From contig NC_042997.1 of the NCBI RefSeq assembly GCF_006345805.1, positions 111,290,001-111,354,000 of the forward strand: DNA of 64,000 bases. Direction: 5' to 3'. This DNA is from Octopus sinensis (lineage: Eukaryota). This document shows, one piece after another, positions 52,081 through 64,000 of the stretch. The position numbers were made by a program, and so were the translations under genes. The number at the start of each line of letters is the position of its first letter. The stretch's first letter is position 1. The notes below the pieces were generated by a model that was not told where the DNA came from, did not search any database, and saw only the letters and a list, made by a program, of their open reading frames with translations.

Positions 52081-52214
52081 AACGGGCTTTTAAACCCAAT
52101 GTCCCTATACGCTATTATTTATAGCTTTGGCAAGACTTCTTTTGTACCCGCCCCCAAAACACCCCCTTTTTAATTAATTAATTAATTTTTCCTACACAAA
52201 CCCCCATTTTCTGC

Positions 52215-52560
52215 TACGGAAAATACGAATCTGCAAAAATATTGGCAAAAGTCGGCATTTAGAAATTACACCCACCCTCACCCCTAATTTCTTCATTTTA
52301 AACTTTTTTCAGAATTTTTCTTTTTTTAAAAATATGCGGGAAAATACGAAGATTATGTTTCTGAAAAAAAATTTCCAAAAATTGTTGTAGCTACGGTTAG
52401 GATTAGGATTAGGGCTTTAGGGTTAAGGTTAGGGTTAGGATTTTAGGGTTACGGTTACGATTAGGGTTAGGGAAAAAAAAATGAAAAATGAATTGGGGAG
52501 GGGGTCAAAATTTCAAAATGCCGATTTTTGGCAATTTTCCAGAATCTCCGTATCCGAAAA
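52215..52560. repeat. Imperfect inverted repeats flanking a degenerate (TTAGGG)n tract (52395-52472)
   Basis: Direct reading; probably the interior of a DNA transposon. Confidence 0.6.
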
Positions 52561-54147
52561 CGGGGATTTTTGGCAAAAAAAAAATTGCGAGAAAATGGAG
52601 GGGGGGCTTTCCATAGCTTTATCTACTTCGAATTCAACTGTTAAAAACGAAATAATTTCTTCACGTGAATATCTAAGTGTGATTTCGCAAAAAAAAAAAA
52701 CAAAAAACATTTCTCTCAGCATCTTCCAGAAAAAGAAACGACTTTCTTAATAGAGACAATTCTGAATTCTATATTAAGGATTGTAAGAAAACCGAAATAG
52801 TTTTTGCAAGAAGCAAAAAACGAGATTGCTGGAACTAACAAGAAAAAACTGTTGAAGCGGCAGAAAAAGAATTTTTTTCTCCCATAATTCCCCGAGGCCT
52901 TATTTTTTCTTTATCTATTTCCTTGTTACTTCTATTAAAAGCAGCTTCGGTTTAGTGACGGTATCAGATGGTCTAGTGACCCAAATAAGAAAGTGTATAT
53001 GTGTGTGTGTATGCATATATATATATATAAGGCTTTCGCTTCAGGTCATCTGGTCAACATTTTGTGTGGGCGAGGAAAATGTGGGTAATTCAAAAAACGA
53101 GAATGAATGAAAAGCCCTTCTCTTGACCTTTCACAAAGAAAATTCTATTCACGTGACTGGAATCTTGTTGAAGTTGATAAGCCTGAAAGGAATTTGATGT
53201 GAAGTGAACGTAGCCGGAAGTAATATATTTGAGGAAGTATAGTGTATATATATATAAATGTATGTATATGTGTGTGTATGTATATATATATATATATATA
53301 TATTTATTTTTTTCTTGACACTCCCGTTTACTTACACCTTGTAACACCAATCTGTTGTTATAAAGTCAGCCAGCAGGGTGCTTTAATGTGGTCGTTCGAC
53401 CTGCTAGAAATAGTAGCAAAATCTCACTAAATTCATACCTTACCAGACCTGTTAGGCAGGGACAGCCTTGGTGTTTCATGTGGTAAACATATTTTTCTTG
53501 TTTGGCACTGAAATATTGCGGTTAAAGACCAAAGACTTAAATTTTATGGAGGAAAAACTAAAAATGATGAAATTGAGAAAAAATCCTGTTAAATTTACAC
53601 GTGTATGCGCCCCACCCCCGTGACTTTGTTTCCTCATAACTTTCAGAAAAATTGGATATTTTTAAATGAAATTTTCTATAAATATGCTTCAGATAGTGTA
53701 GACTACAATTACATTTGAGTTTAATGTGAAATTTTTCCGAGGGTGGGGTGAGCAGTTTCGGAAAATTCTCACGAATCGGTTTTGATTTCTTTTGTCTTTC
53801 AGAAAAATAGGTATTTTTAGTGAAATTTTCTATATATACCTTCCAGAGTGTGTAGGTTACGCTTATATCGGAATTTTTATGAAAATAAAAATTGGTGGGA
53901 TAACACACATACAGACACATAGTATATTTTTTTCCGAAACGTCGAGTTTCATTTTGTGTGTGTGTAAACAGCCAGGCGCAACGTGATACATAAATGTGAA
54001 AATTTCAATCATCACTAAACGTGACAAAGGGTGCCGAAGTACCTGCTTTGCTAGAAATAAGAGTTAATATACTCTTAATGTAGTAAGAAGAGCAGAAATA
54101 TTTACATATACTGATAGGGAAGATAACCACCCCATGATCATCTCAAG

Positions 54148-54205
54148 GATCAACCAGACTTGGCTTAGTTTCGTCTATAGTGTAGACATCGTCACTGGTG
54201 ACTGC
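54148..54205 (-). ncRNA. Type I hammerhead motif with a C3G change
   Basis: UCACCA-GUGACGA-U-GUCUA(CACUA)UAGAC-GAAA-CU(AAGCCA)AG-UC-UGGUUGA. Confidence 0.55.
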
Positions 54206-54324
54206 TTTTATGGCTCATGGTCGGTTAATTCCGTCGGCCAGCATATATATATATTTACCACAAAAATTTATGGATGATTTAGTGAATATATATATATATT
54301 GAACCACAAAAGAAACGTAGCACA

Positions 54325-54835
54325 CATACTGAATAGAAACCAATTTATTAACAGACAGCCATAACACTGATTGAAGAATACTAATTAAGAAACTGTTCTT
54401 TCCTAATGATAAAATGTCTCACATGGTGTCATCTGATGACGGAGTGTCCTGGATCCAAAGAGATGAACTCAAGATCTTGTGTGACCTCTGTTAGCGTTGA
54501 TTACCATCAGGCATCTTCTGTACATTGAATGCATCAAACGATAAGATGGAGGCCATGGGGAGGGCAGCCTACTCTTCAAACATAGTGAGATGTGCTGCAG
54601 TTGTCCAAGTTTCTGGTTGAGTGCAATCCTGTCCCATACCATGATGCTTTGTCCTCCCCATGAGTCTCTTTCCACCACACAGCCATAGGCATGATGTTCA
54701 CCCCTTCTTCTCCAAACCCTAACCCTGCCATTCCCCACAAAAATGCAGTTTCGACTTTCGTCAGAGAAGGCTACAGTCCTCCACTGCTGATATCACTAGT
54801 TCTGGTGTTTTTGAGCCCACTGCAGACATACCTAC
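54325..54835 (-). mobile_element. Internally deleted Tc1 transposase remnant
   Basis: LQWAQKH..QWRTVAFSDESR..GRVRVWRRRGE..VERDSWGGQSIMVW joined to LMHSMYRRCLMVINANRGHTRS. Confidence 0.85.
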
Positions 54836-55334
54836 CAGTCCAGGATGATCTGTGAGGATGGAGCCCCTAGCCAGACATCGACAAGGTGTTGTGCTCAAAG
54901 ACACAATGCACCACTAGGAATTGAACTTACGATCTTACAACCAGGAGCCAAATAAGCTAACCACTGAGCCACACATTATATGCAACAGAAATTAGTTCAA
55001 AATAGCAACCTGTTTATCATACTTAATACAGGTACATCACAGAAAGCCAAATAAAGTAAGGTATTCATCCTTACTTTCTGAGATAATATCTCTTACAGGC
55101 ATACAGCGTTAAAAAGAAACACAAAAATATATCAGTAGCCGATGAAATTCATCCAGTGGTTGCGGTGGTATTGTAAAATACATATTTCTACCTCTTTGGA
55201 ATTGGACAGTAACAAGTATCCACTGGCAATCACAAGCTAAGAAAAAAATGTCTATACTTTTTAAAAAATCATTGATGATATATTATATATGTGAACATAC
55301 ATACATACATGTGTACATATATATAAATATATAT

Positions 55335-55533
55335 TCTTTTCTACTCTAGGCATGAGGCCCGAAATTTTTGGGGAGAGGGGGTCAGTTGATTAGATCGACC
55401 TCAGTATGCAACTGGTACTTAATTTATTGACCCCGAAAGGATGAAAGGTGGAATTTGAACTCAGAACATAAAGACAGACGAAATACCTCTAAGCATTTCG
55501 CCTGGCATGCTAACATTTCTGCTAGCTCGCTGC
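55335..55533 (-). mobile_element. SINE family B
   Basis: Reverse-complement match. Confidence 0.85.
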
Positions 55534-56213
55534 CTTTTATTTATATGTGTGTGTGTGTGTATGGATGTATATATGTATGTATGTATTATCGAACACACAT
55601 ACTCAAAGTACATGGCCTGCTTGTTCGCCGTTAGGCTGCGAAACAGCATAGTGGGGATGACTCCCTCAAAGTGCTGGATGCTAAAACACCTGAAAGTCAT
55701 AGACAAGAGAGACAACTTACCCAATTCTCATTCACGAACGACTAAAAATTCTTCAAGGTAGTGTTCCAGCATGGCCACAGTCGAATGACTGAAACCAATA
55801 AAAGGTAAAATTTAAATTCTAATCATTGTATCTGTGCCATATTTCTTGATATCTGTACTGGCAAAGTTTTGCCTCCAAACTTTACTGTCATCTGTCAGGT
55901 TACACTTTAGTATTTATATTATTAATCATTGCTAATTACTGACTGATTTATCACCACAAATTAATGAGAAATAAATCAAAAACCGTTCTCTGTAATATAA
56001 ATGTACTTCTACATAATTCTCGCACAATGTGTAAATATAATTAGAACCAATCAAAGCAGTAATTAGTTGTCATGTGACTTGACTTCAATTAATTTTTTTT
56101 TTTTCATTGCTTGTCATTGAAGACAAAGTAATTAATTTGTTATTGCAGCAGTGTCTGAGAACGAAAACGAAACGGACTGAATAAATATTGAACGTGTTTT
56201 AAATATCATGATG

Positions 56214-56370
56214 TGGAGTGGCTGTGTGGTAAGTAGCTTGCTTAACAACTACATAGTTCAGGGTTCAGTCCCACTGCGTGGCACCATGGGCTAGTGTCTT
56301 CAACTCTAGCCTCGGGCCGACCAAAGCCTTGTGAGTGGATTTGGTAGATGGAAACTTAAAGAAGCCCATC

Positions 56371-56428
<58 letters not shown>

Positions 56429-56644
56429 ATATGTTTGTGTGTCTGTGTTTGTGCCCCCGCCCCTCCAACATCGCTCGACAACCGATGCTGGTGTGTTTAC
56501 GTCCCCATAACTTAGCGGTTCGGCAAAAGAGACCGATAGAATAAGTACTAGGCTTACAAAGAATAAGTCCTGGGGTCGATTTGCTCGACTAAAGGCGGTG
56601 CTCCAGCACGGCCACAGTCAAATGACTGAAACAAGTAAAAGAGT
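56214..56644 (+). mobile_element. SINE family A, best-preserved copy
   Basis: A box, B box GGGTTCAGTCCC, CORE-like segment, (TA)n/(TG)n spacer 56372-56440, 3' module. Confidence 0.9.
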
Positions 56645-57581
56645 GATATAAATATAATACAACAGAATTACAGTAAAAACCCCCCCAAAAAAGGGGAGGG
56701 GCATTATTTAATCCTATTCTTTGATCCCTTGGCAAGGTGACAAGGAGGATATTGCTATTGTGATCGCTCAATTTCAGTACTTACAGGCACACACACACAC
56801 TGCGCACACACATGTATGTTTGTACATATAGATTTGGTCTGAGTAATTTGCTTGAATTGAACATAAACGAAAGAAGAGAAATGACTCAGAAAGGTCACAA
56901 GACAAAAGACAAATGCAGGTCTATCAAATACCGTACAACGTAAATTTTTGATTTAATTAAAATCATCTCCACCTCTAGAGGATGCTAACACCTTATTTGT
57001 TTACAGCAAGAAATTTTCTCCATCACAAAGTACAGTGAACGCCTTCTTTATGGGTCCAAATAAGTCTCAAGTATATTTGAACTGGTAAAAAGTTTGAACG
57101 TATACACATCATTGCTTAGCACTGTTGCCTTTATTTAAGGCTACCCATTGAGCAGAGCAACCAATCATGTGTGTGTGTGTGTGTATGTGTGCATACACGC
57201 ATGCATGCACACACACACATGTACATCCACGTACACCGAGGCATTCTCACCTGTTCTAAAACTCATAATAATTCTCGCTTCTCAGTAGCCAAGACAGTCA
57301 GTACCTGAGGTAGTCGACACCCAGGACAGCGGTGTTCAAACAGCAGGGATGTACCCAAAGTCCACTTGGTAGGCAAAACGAACTTTCTCCATTCATTTTT
57401 TGTGCTTTAGCCGTAAACTCATTTTTCGATGTGCGCCAAACACACTTCAAAACATATTTATGCAGCATTTGTGACTATTTTTTATTGCAAATTGGTCGGC
57501 TTTACAAAAACAAAATAGGCTTCACTATTTTCTGACAACAGTGGATTCTGTAGGCGGAAACTGAAAGAAGCCTGTCATATA

Positions 57582-57620
<39 letters not shown>

Positions 57621-58231
57621 GTACTTTGGTGTGCTGAAAGAAGGATTCCTGCAGATTTTAGGTTTAAATATTGTTATAATTCTTGATGATGTCACCATTA
57701 TTATCATTTAGGCCCAAGTCAGTATTGATCAAGCAACCCTATAATCAGAAGCAATCCAACCATGGCTACTTCTGTTTTCCCTGTTGATGGTGATCCCTAA
57801 ACCACATTAGCTAATGAGTCCAACTTTTTCTAAGACACTAGAATATGAATTGAAAGTAAGCAATAGCTCTTATTTCTAGCAGGTCAGTCAATCTATTGCA
57901 AAGAGATACCCTTGTTCATTCCTCAACAAGTCCATTGTTCTGAGATGTTTTCTATTCTATTCTAAGAAGAATTCCATTCATTTCATTCAAAAGACAAGGA
58001 TGAGTCACATGTAAGGCTTGAGTTGTTTTGCTGATGAAACTCTTTAACACAAAAATATATTTTGTTCAGTTTAAGAATATTTGCCAAGGATTGGCTTTAA
58101 TGTGATTACAGAGTTTATTTTCTATATTCTTATTCTGTCCTATATTCACACAAGCATACCGCACGCACACATTCATACACTCACTCTCTCACAGACACAC
58201 ACACACATGTATATGTGCATGTGTGAGTATG

Positions 58232-58270
<39 letters not shown>

Positions 58271-58334
58271 TCTTTATTCTGTGTGTGTGTATGTGTGTAT
58301 ACATACATACATACTTATATATATATATATATAT

Positions 58335-58500
58335 AGTTGGAATTTACAAAAAACAGAAGACAAAGACAGGTGTGTAAATAACAAACAGGTGTATTAGTTT
58401 AACGCTTGTGAAGGTGAAAAAGCCTTTTATGTTTTGAGCCTACTCTCTTCAACAGAAAGGAACACAAGAAAATAAACAGAGAGAGTATAAAAAAAGAAAA
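58335..58500 (-). mobile_element. Solo Penelope-like terminal repeat with hammerhead-like motif (58421-58463)
   Basis: Homologous to 9875-10030. Confidence 0.8.
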
Positions 58501-59751
58501 CACACACATATATATATATATGTATGTATGTACATACATAAGTGTGTGAGGGTGGGGTAATGTGACTGATGATTAATGGTGCTGCAATAAGAGCTGGAGA
58601 CAAAGAGAATTTACTGGAAAGAGAAGGGGAAGTTTCTCTTGAAGAGGAGAGAACTGCTCTGGATTTAATATTATTGAGTGAGAGAGCAGTGCATGCCATC
58701 AAAGTGACACTGAGGCAAAATGTACAAAGCCCTTCATACACATTATAATTACCTGTCTGATAAGGGTGCACCAGGCACATGCATCACAACCGTATGTGCA
58801 CGACATGGTGATCTTATATCAAGACAAACAATGCATGACCTTGTAGGGTGGGACCCAGTTAGAATTTTCGGATCTAATTTTTTTCATCCGCAAAATACAC
58901 TTTTTGTAGAAGACAGTAAAAAATCTGAAAATTGGCTATAATAATGTAGCATTCCAGTCTCATTGCTTTGAAGATATGATGTTGTGGAAAAACAAAAATT
59001 GGAGAAAAATGTTACAGAGGTTTAAAAATTGAAAAAAATGGATATTTTTAGCCAATAGTGAAACAGAAATTTTCAGCGTTTAGTGGAGAGGTGTTAACTT
59101 TAAAGTTGTACCCTGTGAAATGTAGCCTCTGACCTGTTCATTGTAGCTTTGTAAATAAACAGAAATACCTAATAAAATCAACATGTATCATCTGGATCTA
59201 GCCTTTCTCATTCATTGATTGTATTTTAAAATTTTTTTAAATTCATTATATTAATATATTTCTCTGCATGTGGTTATTTTATGCGTATTTCAGTACTATG
59301 TATACCTGCCATGTATTTATGTACATCATTAATATATAAGTGCATGTGTGTGTGTGTGTGTGTGTGAAAAGGGGGCATCTGTCTCCAAAACTCCAAAGTT
59401 GAGTAACATTTTCACGCTTGGATTTGTAAACTACGATAGGAATAAATACAGAAAAAGCACAGAAATACATGTAATATACTAACAGAAAAATAAATGATAT
59501 CCAGTAATTGTTTTTGCTAGTTTATTTTGTCTCTTTGTGTTCTCTCCTGAAGCTGTATGAATATTTGATGTGGTTTTAGAGTCAAGTTTTGACTGCTATA
59601 TCTAGCATGTTGGTATCTTTTAGATACCCTTAATTATAATTTTAATAATAATTATTACCTATGAGGTTTTTATTCCTATGCTGGCCACTAGATATGATCG
59701 GTATTTTAAATAATGATCTTATCTTTATTTATATAAATATATAAATTTATG

Positions 59752-59818
<67 letters not shown>

Positions 59819-60282
59819 AATAAGTGCATATATACATACATATATGCATATATACATGCTTATATACATACCTACATATATATGTATATATACATGCATA
59901 TATAGGTACAGGACATAAAAAAAAACATGAACAAAAAGAGAAACGAGAACATAAAAAAGCATAGAAAACAAACTTTTTTTGAACAATGAAAGAAACAAAT
60001 AGAGAAACGAGACAGGCAACATAAAGAACATTCCCTTCATCAGTATCCCCTGTTTTATCTACTCCACGTTTTGAATATATATATATATATTACAAATAAG
60101 AAAATGAAGAAACACATTAGTTGGTTTATCAGCTTTAGGATATTAGAATGTTGTCTTATTTAATTAACAAGACTACAACCATAACAACATACATATATAC
60201 AGTATAAAATTCAATACATTTAAGATACGAATACAAATATTTATTAAAAAAACATTAATATAAATTGTTAGAATCATTAAAA

Positions 60283-60402
60283 TTCCTATAGCTGTTTCAG
60301 CCTATGGAAGAAAGTAATTTTCTGTGCCTCTACTTGTCAATTATGTTGAGGTTGTAGGCAATTGGGTACTTATATATATCCATAGGCCTCGTCAGAGATT
60401 AT
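60283..60402 (-). ncRNA. Type I hammerhead motif with long stem II; stem III carries one mismatch
   Basis: CUGACGA; 10-bp stem II GGCCUAUGGA/UCCAUAGGCU with a 70-nt loop; GAAAC-AGCU-AUA. Confidence 0.6.
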
Positions 60403-60499
60403 AAAGTACTTTCAAAATATAAATATATACATCAAACAAGATACACATACAATTTTATATATATAAATATAAATATAAATATATATCCATATATACATA

Positions 60500-60977
60500 C
60501 ACACCAGCGCCGCCTCCACTGGCTTCCATGCCGGTGGCACATAAAATACACCAATCCAACCATACAACAGGCACCCATGCCAACCCCCTTTGCTTGCGAA
60601 GACATGTTGGGGCAAGCGAAATCGAAATCGAATTGAACCAGCCAGGATCCCTGGTCTGGTGGTACGTAAAAAGCACTATCCGACTCGTGGCCGATGCCAG
60701 CGCCGCTCGACTGGCTTCCGTGCCGGTGGCACATAAAATGCACCAATCCGACCGTGGCCGTTGCCAGCCTCGCCTGGCACCTGTGCAGGTGGCACGTAAA
60801 AAGCACCCACTACACTCACGGAGTGGTTGGCATTAGGAAGGGCATCCAGCTGTAGAAACATTGCCAGATAAGACTGGAGCCTGGTGCAGCCTTCTGGCTT
60901 CCCAGATCCCCGGTCGAACCGTCCAACCCATGCTAGCATGGAGAACGGACGTTAAACGATGATGATGATGATGATGA
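60500..60977 (+). mobile_element. Family C LINE 3' UTR; convergent partner at 61122-61270
   Basis: Four GTGCCGGTGGCAC-type modules and a (GAT)n tail. Confidence 0.8.
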
Positions 60978-61553
60978 TATATACATAAGCAAAACATATA
61001 CACCTATACATGTACATAAATACATAAATAGGCAGACAACAGTATATTGGATAAGTATTACACCTTAGTGGGTTGGATCCACAACCCCTAACTTATTTAT
61101 TGTGTATATATATATATATATCATCATCATCATTTAACGTCCGCTTTCCATGCTAGCATGGTTTGGACGATTTGACTGAGGACTGGCGAACCAGATGGCT
61201 GCACCAGGCTCCAATCTTGATCTGGCAGAGTTTCTACAGTTGGATGCCCTTCCTAATGCCAACCACTCCAAGAATATGAATATATGAAGGTACAAGTGGG
61301 GATGTAAACCTTTGGGGGATAAAAATATCCAAGATTAGACAAGTTGAATGCCTAACAAAGCAGGCACAGTCATATTTAGTATTATCGATATTATACAATA
61401 GTAATAAAAGTTTATTTACATTGACAAGACCAGACCTACAATTCTTTCCATTCATCACTTGCAGCGTAAAAATTTACCTAATTTAATTCAATTCAACTAA
61501 ATTAATTTGGTTAATTTCTACAAGTGAGAATATCGTCAGGGAAAGATATACAT

Positions 61554-61935
61554 GATGGGCGTCTTTCAGTTTCCGTCTACCAAATACACTCACAAAGCTT
61601 TGGTCAGTCCAAGGCTATAGTGGAAGACACTTGCCCAAGGTGCCATGCAGTGGGACTGAACCCAGAACCATGTGGTTGGTAAGCAAGCTACTTACCACAC
61701 AGCCACTCCTGCACGATGGGCTTCTTTCAGTTTCCATCTACTAAATCCACTCACAAGGCTTTGGTCAGTCCGAAGCTTTAGTAGAAGACACTAGCCTAAG
61801 GTGTCACGCAGTGGGACTGAACCCAGAACCATGTGGCTGGTAAGCAAGCTACTTACGACACAGCCACTCCTGTATGATGGGCTTCTTTCAGTTTCCATCT
61901 CCCAAATACACTCACAAGGCTTTTGTTGGCTCGAG
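61554..61935 (-). repeat. Head-to-tail array (2.4 units, 161 bp) of SINE family A 5' halves
   Basis: Units start at 61554, 61715 and 61876. Confidence 0.9.
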
Positions 61936-62532
61936 TTTGTAGTAAACACGTGTGCGGTGGGGAAAGGAATGAATCGGGCTTTGATTGAAGCTAAGTGACT
62001 GAACGCACAATGAATGAAGATAACACAAAGGAAGTGGGGGGGGGGGGGGCGTTTATTCGTGTGTAACAACCAGGAAATGCGTCCTCACTCACATCCTGCT
62101 TGTTTGATAAATTCTCTCCAACTCTTTGCTTTAAGTTGTCCCATTTCTAGTGCATTCGACTTCCAGATGGTTCATTGACTGCGCATGTTCTCTGGTATTA
62201 TTTGCATCAGATGACAGCGACGTGGTGACTGTTAACGTTGTCGTTATGACACAAGGAGAGACAAAACAAACGGGAGAATGGTGGTGGCTGGCTTTGTTCT
62301 CAATGGACGCCATGCACCAAGTGTCTTTTTTTTTGTATTTTTTTGCCAACATAAGCCACTACCACTTACACCTCCACAACGACTGATACCACCACCACCA
62401 CCATTCTTATAATTTGCAAAAGAAAAGAGAGCTTACAAGTAACACAAATTAGGTTTTCCTTCCATCCACTGACACATACAGGTATGTGTGTATGTGTATG
62501 TAGGTGTGTATATATATATATACATACATACA

Positions 62533-62563
<31 letters not shown>

Positions 62564-63014
62564 GTATATACATACACACAGGTGCATGTTTCGAGACATA
62601 TATAAAATAGTAAGCAGGTATGTCAGTATACACACGTACCCATACAGGTGCATCTTAAAAAATTAGAATAGTTTGTAAAACTTGTCTATTTATAATCAGT
62701 CAAGTGAGACGGTCAACATTTTCCACGAATGTATTTTCAATTCACTAAATTCTAATGAAATCGTATTAGAACTCGGCAGCCCACAAAAACAAACCTGTAA
62801 GTTTACCTGTTTGAAGTCTAGTATCCAGTTCTCTTACGTGTAGTGAATGGTTTAAAGTGCCAAGTCATACACAGGTGTCGGACCATTGTATCTCTTTGGG
62901 ATCATAGTCAAAGAAACGGCCACGTTTCCGTCAACTGACAGCCTCTTTGGTGCTAAATCTATCTTGAATTTTTGTTCCAGTGCCCAAATAACCTTTGATT
63001 GACTAAACTTTACA

Positions 63015-63070
63015 ACATCATATTCCCCTGGTCAAGTAACTCACCTGACCTAAATCCCATAGAGAATTTA
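63015..63070 (+). mobile_element. Tc1/mariner catalytic motif fragment
   Basis: FPWSSNSPDLNPIENL matches WPxxSPDLNPIE. Confidence 0.6.
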
Positions 63071-63769
63071 TATCCTAGATTCTATGGGATACAGTTAACA
63101 AGACCACCCAGCGTCCTTTCTAGCGATCGCGAGCTCAGTGCTGTCTTAAAGCCGGGCCCAGTTCCGATCTATGTTGTGGTTTGCTATCAATAAAAATAGA
63201 GGGCCCAGATCTCTTCAGTTTGGCTCATAGATTTTTTGATTATTTTTTTAACTTAGCAGTTTGAAACTTTGTCTACTGGAATTTCTCACTCTGACGTCTG
63301 TTTACTTTCAATATTTTTGACAAAATTTCGTATTTTAGAAGTTATTTTTGTGTTAAATTTGTTGTATTTGGGTAATTTTAACCGATGAACAATGTGTATT
63401 AAACTGAAGAAACCTACTGCTGAAAATAACGTAACCAAGTCGAGTAATTTTACATTATTATCATCTGTAAAAAAAAGAAGAAAAAAAGAAAAAGAAAAGA
63501 AAAAAATGGAAAGCATTTTGTTTAAAGAATCGACTGCTGCCTGTCCGTTGGTGATCGGCTGTCGTCTGGTTATTTCTACAAATGTCTGCAAAACAAACAA
63601 ATGAGTGTTTGCGGAATCAAATAATATATTGAAGCGCTCCAACATCAACCAGAATATATTCTTTATGTTTTTGACCCAAATAATTGATGTATTGTCTCTG
63701 AAGGAAACATGGCCATCACTGGCGAACGAGTTTTGAAAGAGTGTTACCTTAGTATTGTTAATTGCTTAA

Positions 63770-63962
63770 CCTGTTGGCATTTAAACTGACAACATCCGAC
63801 CTAAATATTCTGTTTATGTTCAGACCAACCACATCCGGTGTCTCACACCTATTCTACAAAGCCATTCTAAAACTAAACATTGAAACCCCGAAGCTATGAG
63901 ATAAAGCATGACTAATTCCAAACAATATGAATAAATAAGCATCACATTTGAATGCTAAAGGG
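63770..63962. mobile_element. piggyBac-like MITE
   Basis: TTAA-CCTGTTGGCATT ... AATGCTAAAGGG-TTAT; degenerate TIR and TTAA TSD. Confidence 0.55.
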
Positions 63963-64000
63963 TTATGGTTCAGTGTGGACGTGAGGAGATAGACACACTC

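Noticed and set aside
54750-54770. CTGACGAAAGTCGAAAC on the minus strand
   Set aside because: It is the coding sequence of the Tc1 FSDESR motif and has no stem II.
56214-56280. tRNA genes at SINE heads
   Set aside because: A/B boxes are present, but there is no complete cloverleaf and the sequence continues into the SINE body.
61554-61935. CRISPR-like or satellite array
   Set aside because: The units are SINE halves without unique spacers, in a eukaryotic context.

Overview
Repeat-saturated, AT-rich animal DNA. It is most likely Octopus, inferred from the tRNA-headed CORE-type SINEs, extreme microsatellite density and TE repertoire. I cannot support any host protein-coding exon, tRNA/rRNA gene or CRISPR array; almost all ORFs in the track are microsatellite or TE artefacts. 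The window contains about 20 copies or halves of a bipartite SINE and about 10 copies of a second tRNA-SINE. It also holds 3' ends of RTE, R4/Dong, L2/CR1 and Penelope-like retroelements, Tc1/mariner and Helitron remnants, and many MITEs/foldbacks, several nested with clean target-site duplications (TSDs). The most interesting signal is a set of at least 6-7 hammerhead-ribozyme or hammerhead-like motifs read by eye. One has an intact catalytic core (17603-17692, minus strand). A three-copy family has a shared non-canonical core (CUGUUGA), and one copy is physically linked to a Penelope GIY-YIG fragment. All structures were paired manually; no folding or database search was run.
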